Source: Klebsormidium nitens
Lineage: Eukaryota; Plantae; Klebsormidiophyceae
Assembly (NCBI GenBank): GCA_000708835.1
Contig: DF237145.1
Span: forward strand, 7,468 to 71,467
Reading direction: 5' to 3'
Length of the DNA: 64,000 bases
The notes under the pieces: model-generated
Seen by the model: the letters and a program-made list of their open reading frames with translations, nothing else
Told to the model about the DNA's origin: nothing
Databases searched by the model: none
Program-made: the position numbers and the translations under genes
Shown here: positions 56,168-64,000 of the stretch, in pieces
How positions within the stretch are numbered: the first letter of the stretch is position 1
Layout: each line of letters starts with the position of its first letter

Positions 56168-58059
56168 GGCTTTGCAATAGCGAATGCACAGCGCTGCTGC
56201 TGGACTACTAGCGCTGTTGAGCCCACTTTTGAGGATTCTAACTTAGGCGTGGACTTCAATGTAGTATTTGACAACTCGGGCAGAGGTCTGGATATGCACC
56301 GCTTATCCAAGTCCGAGCAACTCGGAAGACTGAACGCCGGGTTGGTCGCCTGCTGGCCGACTGATGTCTAGCTTCACCTTCAACCAGTGCATCAGTGCAT
56401 CAGCAGATCTGGCTGAGCCAGTCACTCAGTCGAAGGCTGTTGAGAATGCTGGCAAAACGGCGGAAAGCTCACGTGCTCGCTGCATTATGATGTATTCTTG
56501 CCCATAGCCGCCCATAAAGACGGAACTTGAAAGCACGCCGTCAAACTTGGCCGGCGGGCAGCCTGGCGGCGACACGTGTCGTGCGATTTTGGCGCTTTGA
56601 CGTAACAGCCTACAGGCCGGCCGGCGGCCGTCCTTTTCGGCGCTTGCAGATTCCGCTCCCACAACCGTCCGATTGTCATCCATTCATTTTGATCCGTCTT
56701 ATTAGTCAACCTGGTCAATGCCGTCAGATCCGTGAAACCCTACACGTATCACGTCCCTTGGTGGTCAGACTCACATAAGTCGCCTGTTAGTATAGGTAGT
56801 CTCGAAGATACCTTGGACGATGAGTACGATACGGTGTACAGGGTATCCCGATGTTGCCAGGGGCGAGATCCTTCTCGCATAAGTTGACGGGTCATGCCCC
56901 CGTGGACTTCGGAACGGCGTTCGCGGCGCGCATCTGCAAGAGTTCGGCCGTGCCAGCGGCACAATCAAGTGGGTTCTTGCATGCGCATTACGTAGTTATC
57001 TCGGTAGCCAGGCCCCATCGAGCAATTTGACGTGCAATTAGTCAGTGTGCACACCAAGACGCCTCTGGGGTCTTGTCCTTCTCCAGTCTGCAATCTAGCT
57101 ACGTGCCTGGGCCGGTCGGCCCCGAATCGCATGACTTTTAGCCATGGTTCCAGGGGAGTGCTTATTTGATGGTCACGGAAGGAACCATGAAATGATTGAC
57201 GGTTCACTTAGACCCTGCGACAAAATCACAAACCGACCGGGTGGTTCTGAATCTGTTCACATTCTAGTTTGGCCAAGTGAGAGATTCCCCATGATATCCC
57301 CGGGCTCAGCTCAATTACCAGTTACCCATCAAGAACTCATTGCGTGTAGTAATGCATTCCGGCCAAGGCACCTTCGTCGAAATCGAAGTTCGGAGGAGAT
57401 TTCGTGAGCAGAGTCTCATTCATAGTCCTCATGGCCACGAAAGGAAGCGGACGGCCCAGACGGGCGCGGACGTCCCGTTGAGGAAAATCACTAGCTCATT
57501 AGCTCTTTGAATCGCTCGAACCGTGTCTGCAACCGACAGATCTGCTGGGCAGGCATTCCGTCCTACAGGAGACTGAATTCTTTGCAAATATTAGCAGCAA
57601 CGAAGCAAGGTACAAGTTTCATCTCTTCGTAAACCATGCCTGATGTGTTTCTTAAGTTGACCGACAGTTGCTCAATGATCATGGTGAGGGGTAAGCCAGG
57701 AGCGAGCTGTCACGTTGCGTCCGCCTTAGACTTTATAAGTTGGCAGCAAGAGCACACGAGAGAATCCTGCTTTTGTCGCTGTAGCTCTCCATCCTTCGGA
57801 GCGCGCTTTCAGGTGCCCAAAACCCATTCAGACTCAAAGACTCGACTTCCTGGTTACGTCTGTAGCTCGGTAAGGGAAAGGATTACTGCGACTTTGCTTG
57901 ACCCTTAAATAAGATCCGAGCGCCTGAGAGTAGAACTCCGGAGGATCATTCCTAAGCTGACTAGGCACATATGAGGCAGAGCCAGATGTGCTTGTACCCT
58001 CAGATTTGATCCTAGTTGCGTTTTCTAACGTCAGATAAGCTAGTCGACAAGTTCAAGCT

Positions 58060-61000
58060 TCAATGGTGTGATGTTTGCTGGGGAGTCTTCGACGGTGACA
58101 GGTGCTTAATTGATTCTATCGGGGCAAGATCCTGCGAGGAGTGGAGCCAGAAACTGCCGTTAGTAACAGGTGGCTCCTTTTTGTAAGGACAGGTAACAAG
58201 TTGGCCTCGTAGGAAGAACTCATAATCGAAGCCAGAAACAGCTTTCGAACATCGAACACGTATGCAGAACAATCAAATCTGCTTTCAGCGACTCGACTGG
58301 GACCCCGACCTCCCCCCTTCAAGCAGAAAGTGTCATTGCAGATTTCGAAAGACGAAGAGATCGGCAATCACCTTCTTGGCTATGACCAAAGATGTGAAGT
58401 GCGCTCCAAAAGTGCACGTGAAAACGGTGATTGTACCTACTTTGTCTGACTGATGAACGCGTTTCGTACTTATGGACTTAGGACCTTCTTACGGAGCAGA
58501 TCCTCTTCCTCCTTTTCTCCTTGGAGTTGGTAACCAATACCCACCAAAATAAGCTGAACCACAGTACTAAGGAGTTTCACATTTTGGGAAGTGCTGCGCA
58601 CGCACCTTGACTTTCAAACCGCCTGACGTCAGCTTTTGGAGGCTGACGGAAGTCCCGTGAACCTTCCGCTTGTGCGCCTCTAAGAACTGGTCCACCTGGT
58701 CTTCTACCGACCACAAACTGCACGGTTATATTGGCCGCTTGAGAAACCTGGCTTTGAGAGTTAACCAATTATGGTGTGGCGGTCAGGAAACATCAAATTG
58801 GGACTGAAACCAGCTTCAAACTCACTGCAGCTTCAGTACTGAGTCGCGGTCGATCCAATGACTAATAGGTTCGAACAATCAGGGGTATGGCAGTCGGAGT
58901 CATCTGCTTACAACTGCGATTAGGCGTCTGGACCAGACACTTTGACATCGTGTGAAAGAATGATGTGACTGAAAACAGAGAAACAATCGAAGGAGGATGC
59001 AAAATAGGCATCATATTGACCGCTTCAAATAGGCAAGTGAGTTCAGTGAAGCACTTCAAGTAGATTCTTGAGGACTTCATGAGAAGCTATCAACGAGGAC
59101 GACTTGCCTAACGCTTTCTGCTTTTACCATCAATGCAAAGACTGCATCGCCCTGCGGTCTTTGTCCATACCACAGATTGGGATGTTGAAGAGCCTCGTTC
59201 AGCTCCTCTTGACGAGACTGAAAGGCCTGTTCAAGAGTAATGCACACGAGATGTGGCAGACATCCCGTTACAACACCCAATCTGAGCCGCTCTACCCATC
59301 CATGAACCGCGTGACTTCCAAATAGCAAGATTGTGGATCCAAATCGAGAATCCTCAAATTTCCTCCTCCTCTTTGTACCAGAGCAATCCCCGGTGACTTG
59401 TCTTCCTCGTTCTCCTCATCCGGCGGGTCCTCGTTTCCGTAACAGAATCTTCACGAGCCGCCGAAAATCGTAAGAGTGACAGCATCAAACCAACTTCATA
59501 AATCGTTGACCACTCACATTTCCTCCTCGTCTTGTACCGGAACAACCCCTGGTGATTCGTCTTCTCATTCTCCTCAACCGACGCCTCCTCAATCTCAAAA
59601 GAGCCGCCGAGGATCCTAGAGTAATAGCACCAAACCAACTCACAAAAACGACTCACATTTCCTCCTCTTCTTGCGCAGGGGCAACCCCCGGGGAATCGTC
59701 TTCCTCATTCTCCTCATCCGAAGCCTCTTCGTCCCGTTCCAGGAGCAGTCTCCCGAGACGCGGCATCGTCAGCCCGCGGCCCAGAGTGTGCCACGTGTGC
59801 GGCGCTGATTCGTCGACCTCCGCCAGGGAATTCAGGGGCGAATAAGAAGGTTTTTCAGAGATCCACGTGCCTCGATCCCTGAGGTTCCACGCCTTCTCTT
59901 GTCCGAATCGGCCGATGGGCACCCCGTCGGACGTCCAAAGTCGGCTGCGAGGGAACGCGGAAGCGTCAGATAACGAGTTGAATTGTTCGTCGACTGTTGA
60001 TCGGCGAGATCGTAGTCTGGCTTGTCGTTCGTAAGATCGTCCAACATTCCGATGCCCCAATCCCTCAAACTTTGATACCAGACTGCGAGGAGAAGCGGAC
60101 GTCCGAAAGTTGTGACCAGACGAAGTGTTTCAAGGTTGATATCGTTTGTGCCTAGCATAGAGTCGTCACGAAGTTGGCCAATATTGTGCCCTTCTTACCA
60201 GCTTTCAGTAACAAGAATACCAAAGTTAACCCATTCAGGGACTCACCGGCCTTACCATTATCTATCTGCAATTCGGGCGTACCGACCCGTAGCCGGAAAT
60301 CAAATGAATCTCAAGAAAGATAAAAATAAGCCAAGATGATGATAAGCTCCGACAAATACGAAAAACCCTAACCCAAAAAGGTACCTGCTCCGCACCCATA
60401 CCCACCCTAACCACCAAAATAACCCTACCCGTCCCAGTGCGGTTCCCTTATTAATATCTCGACTGTGTATTTGAGTTCAAAGGAGATTACCTGTCAGACC
60501 CCAAAGCTTCTTTTCTTTATTGGCGGATATGGTCGGGAAAAATTGCAGCAGGAAAATGTCAGCCACGCGCACCTGGACCCGCTCGCGCACGCCGTGAGCA
60601 CCATACGCTCTGCGTCCGCATAAGCTATCGCCACCATCTCTCCGTCCTCCGTTTGGATGCAGTAGTTTTCTTTAATGCGCATTGGGCCGACGGTCACCTG
60701 CCGGCGGCTGCTCCGCCGTGCCGTTCCGTCCAGGTTCGTCTGCCGCCGGAACGTGCCGGAAGAAAGGTCCCACGACTTGATTGTGCCGGAGGTATCGGTT
60801 GTGAAGAGCGTCTGAGAAAGGGAAAAAGAGACATGGTTAGCTTTCGAGTGCAGGAGGGGAAGATCTTCGAGAGTGGCGCCTGACAAGGTGCCAACTTTCC
60901 GTCCAGATCCGTCGTCCACTAGAACGAGCCCAGAAGACACGTCGCACGACTAGAGCGCCCAGAATGTCCGTAGCAAACAGAGACTGCAAAAGTTGGTGTT

Positions 61001-63722
61001 TTGATTTCGCAGAGTTGGTGAACGTGCCTCCGAGCGCTTGCCTTATTGCCGACGCGTGTCCGGTTTCTAACAAGTATGCCCGAGCAGCGTCCGACTCAGT
61101 CCGCATATGCACTGTCCGCAGCAACAGAAGAAGCGTCCGAAACCGTTCAGCCAATGTGCGTCCGACTACTCGCCTTATTATCTAGGGTTGACACCATTGG
61201 CCCCAGCGTCCCCATGTGTCCGGTGTCTAATAGATACACTAAAGAAGCGTCCGCGATCCGCCAGATGGCAACCTTCCCGTCCGTTCCGGCGACCGCCAGG
61301 GTCTGCGCCTGCGCCGGAAGCGGACACAGCGCGAGCACGGACGTCCGCTCGAGGGCCTCCGTCGCGCGGTCCTCGCGCTTCAGGGTCGTCCGAATGGTGC
61401 CGTCCATTTTCCACACTATAACCTGGGGAGAAATCAGGGTTACCGCTTATAACCACACTAAAACCCGGAGAGGAATCAGGGTTACCGCTTATAAACACAC
61501 TAAACCTGGAGAAGAATCAGAAATACCGCTTATAATGCAGAAAATGTTGAGGCTAGAGGAGAGATTCAAAGCACAGAAAGTTGCAAGGCCACTCAGATCA
61601 ATTTTATTGCTCTTCTCGCTTTTCGGGTCGCCCGAATGGTGCCGTCCATTTTTCCACACAATGACCTGGAATCGGATAGAGCAGAGTGTTTAGGTAGAGT
61701 TTGTTGATACTGTAGGGGATCACATGAGAGAATGAGCAGCGAAGGTTCTCAATTGCCTGCTTCTCTCGCACTGCAGGGTTCCCAGAAGTTGATGCTGTTC
61801 TTCTCTTGAAAAAAAAGTTTTGGAAGGGTTGAGTGGCAGGTCATCGAACGACGAAGTAAAGGAGAGGGCGGCCTCGACATACGTCTCCGGCTTGTGTCAC
61901 AATCACCGGTAAAGCCGTTAAGCTACCAAATCCTTCAGCGTCTGATATCTTCGCTGGTCTTTCTAGAAGTCTCGAATGGAGGTAGAACACATCTTCAGGA
62001 AACGGGGCACGAGCTCGAAACTTCCTTCCGCGGTTCTCGCGCATGGCGGCCGCGCGAAAGCGGCACGGGGCAGTCACGGCAGTGAGCGGATCGAGGGACT
62101 GAGCGAACGCCAGAGCTCGCTGCAGCTCCGCAATAACAGTTTTCCGAATGTAATTGCTTCTTTCAATTGAAGCGGAGTCATGCAAGAAAGAATGTTTCGA
62201 AGGGATCAGGCTCCAGGATCAAGCTTCTGGCAGTGCGCTCGGGGAGGTGTCCCGGTCACTTTTTCGCCGCTCACCTTCCCGTCCTGGCACCCGGTGGCCA
62301 GCACCCCGGGCGCGACCATCGCCATGCAGCTGACGTCATCCGCGTGTCCGACGAACATCTTGTGGTTGGTGACGGTGTCCGTGTGCGAATCCTCCCACAC
62401 GCACACCTGGAAAAAGTGGAGAAGCTTCCGCTTTTTCTTCTCTAAACCAATCCCCCTTTCTTGGTATGTTTGGTGCAGATCGCATTCTCAGCTCCTCAAA
62501 ATGTGAAGTGCTATGGGCTGGTTACACTGTCCATGTGCGAATTCTCCCACACGCACACCTGGAAAAAGTGGAGAGGCTTCCGCTTTTTCTTCTCTAAACC
62601 AATCCCCCTTTCTTGGTATATTTGGTGCAGATTGCATTCTCAGCTCCCCAAAATGTGAAGTGCTATGGGCTGGTTACACTGTCCATGTGCGAATCCTCCC
62701 ACACGCACACCTGGAAAGAACGGATAAGCTTTTGCCGCTCGTTTTGGAATCGAAGCTCCGGTTTTACTGGATTTGATGGGCTTCGCGGTCTCAGGTCCTG
62801 AAATTGTGAAGCGCTATATGCTGCTCACAGTGTCCATGTGCGAATCCTCCCATACGCACACCTGGAAAGGGTGGATAGGCTTTGCTTCTCGTGTGACAGT
62901 CTGAACTCCCCTTTCTCCTCGATCTGGTGCAAATCCCATTTTCAGCTTCCTGATATTGTGAAGCGCTATATGCTGGTCACAGTGTCCATGTACGATCTTC
63001 CCATACGCACAACTGGAAAAGTGGTTAACCTTCGCTTTCGGTCCGAAATCGGATCTTCGTATCTTTTAAACCTGGCGCAGAATGCGCTCCCAGCTCCTGT
63101 CATAGTGAAGCGCGATGGGCTGGTTACACTCTCCAGGTTCGATCCTCCCACACGCACATCTGGACGAGCGAATAAGCCTTTGCTCCTCGTTCTACAATCT
63201 GATGTCCCTTCTTCTTTTCTGGGGTGCAGACTGCGTCTTCAGGTCCTGCAATAGCGAAGCGCTATGCGGCAAAAGCTCGGAGGCAACAGCGCGCGTCGTC
63301 CGTCCCCAGACCTTCCAAATCTGCTTTCAATACAGGGATCCGCCCAAAGGCGTAGCGCAATCAGAAATGTAAAGAAACGGGAGAATAAGGTAAAGGGCTC
63401 TGCGCTCTCGAAGCTTGAAGTCTGTCACGGCCTTAACGACTCGTCCGCAAACCTGTGACTTTTCGTCAAAATGTTTGTGCGCCTAAGACCGCGCTACTCT
63501 CAGCGATAATCGCTTCCATTACCAGCCGTAAGGTCACAGATCCTTTTCCAAAAGCCAAGGCTCAACAGCATAATCGTGACGCTTTTGACAGTCAGCTGAA
63601 AGTTTCAAACCCTTCTTTGGAGATTTTGCACTCACATGCGCGTTCCAGCCAGCTGCGGCGACGAAGCACGCCTTCGTCTCCACGACTGACGCCACGCACG
63701 TCACCTCCATGTCGCCAAATCC
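58060..63722 (-). CDS. WD40-repeat protein, 3' part (resembles the WDR49/WDR64-type family); 5' end beyond the window
   Basis: Exons 63722-63636, 62406-62275, 61422-61174 (GC donor), 60811-60573, 59944-59657, 58717-58606, 58131-58060 join in phase (392 aa). Motifs: EVTCVA...[63 protein letters not shown]. The family assignment is from recollection only. Confidence 0.8.
59350..59720 (-). repeat. Three tandem units of WD40 exon 3' end plus donor
   Basis: + strand ctcacatttcctcctc...ccccgg(g/t)ga..cgtcttc..cattctcctca recurs near 59651, 59512 and 59352. Confidence 0.88.
62375..63270 (-). repeat. About 151-bp tandem array (6-7 units) of acceptor plus start of a WD40 exon
   Basis: + strand ctccca(c/t)acgcaca..tgga recurs with exon-start equivalents at 62406 (functional), 62558, 62710, 62861, 63012 and about 63159, plus a decayed unit near 63245. 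Confidence 0.95.
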
Positions 63723-64000
63723 CTGCGAGTCAAACGAAGAGCGAGAAGTTTTGCTGTGAGAGGTTTCTCTACCGACGTGGTAATAGTATGCAAGGTTGCC
63801 CTAAGCAAGGATGAATGACAAATGGAAGGTTAGAAGGCTCAAGTCGTCTCGTTCTTCATTTCATGGGGAGTAACGAGTGCCACAGGCGTCGCTTGAGACT
63901 TGGCTAGGATTCAGCTTGTTTTCAACTTAAGTTGGGTCTTGAGTCGCACCATTCTTTGGTGTACTTGCCCGACTAATGTTTTCAAGCCCTCTTCATTTCC

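Overview
Intron-rich eukaryotic nuclear DNA, most likely from a streptophyte alga such as Klebsormidium. That assignment is an inference from the ETR1-type ethylene receptor, plant-type HIRA and MDAR, a WDR49-like WD40 gene and TTTTAGGG-type repeats. Eight gene models were built by hand by joining GT(GC)-AG exons in phase: (1) a 5'-truncated, >1800-aa type-I membrane protein with cadherin-like and Cys-rich Ig-like repeats (+, to 11276); (2) a complete ETR1-like ethylene receptor hybrid kinase (-, 12 exons, 831 aa); (3) HIRA (+, 12 exons, 960 aa), head-to-head with the receptor; (4) an intronless multi-TM gene broken by one frameshift (-); (5) monodehydroascorbate reductase ending in AKI (+, 10 exons, 434 aa); (6) a PLAC8-domain protein with an acidic PxL-repeat N-terminus (+); (7) a stand-alone Mini-III-like RNase III domain (-); (8) the 3' part of a WD40 gene (-, runs off the window end). 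The most striking unexplained structure is a recurrent class of intronic tandem repeats whose unit straddles a splice junction (exon end plus donor, or acceptor plus exon start). It occurs at 11 junctions in 4 genes, mostly with a 130-160 bp period. No database searches were run.
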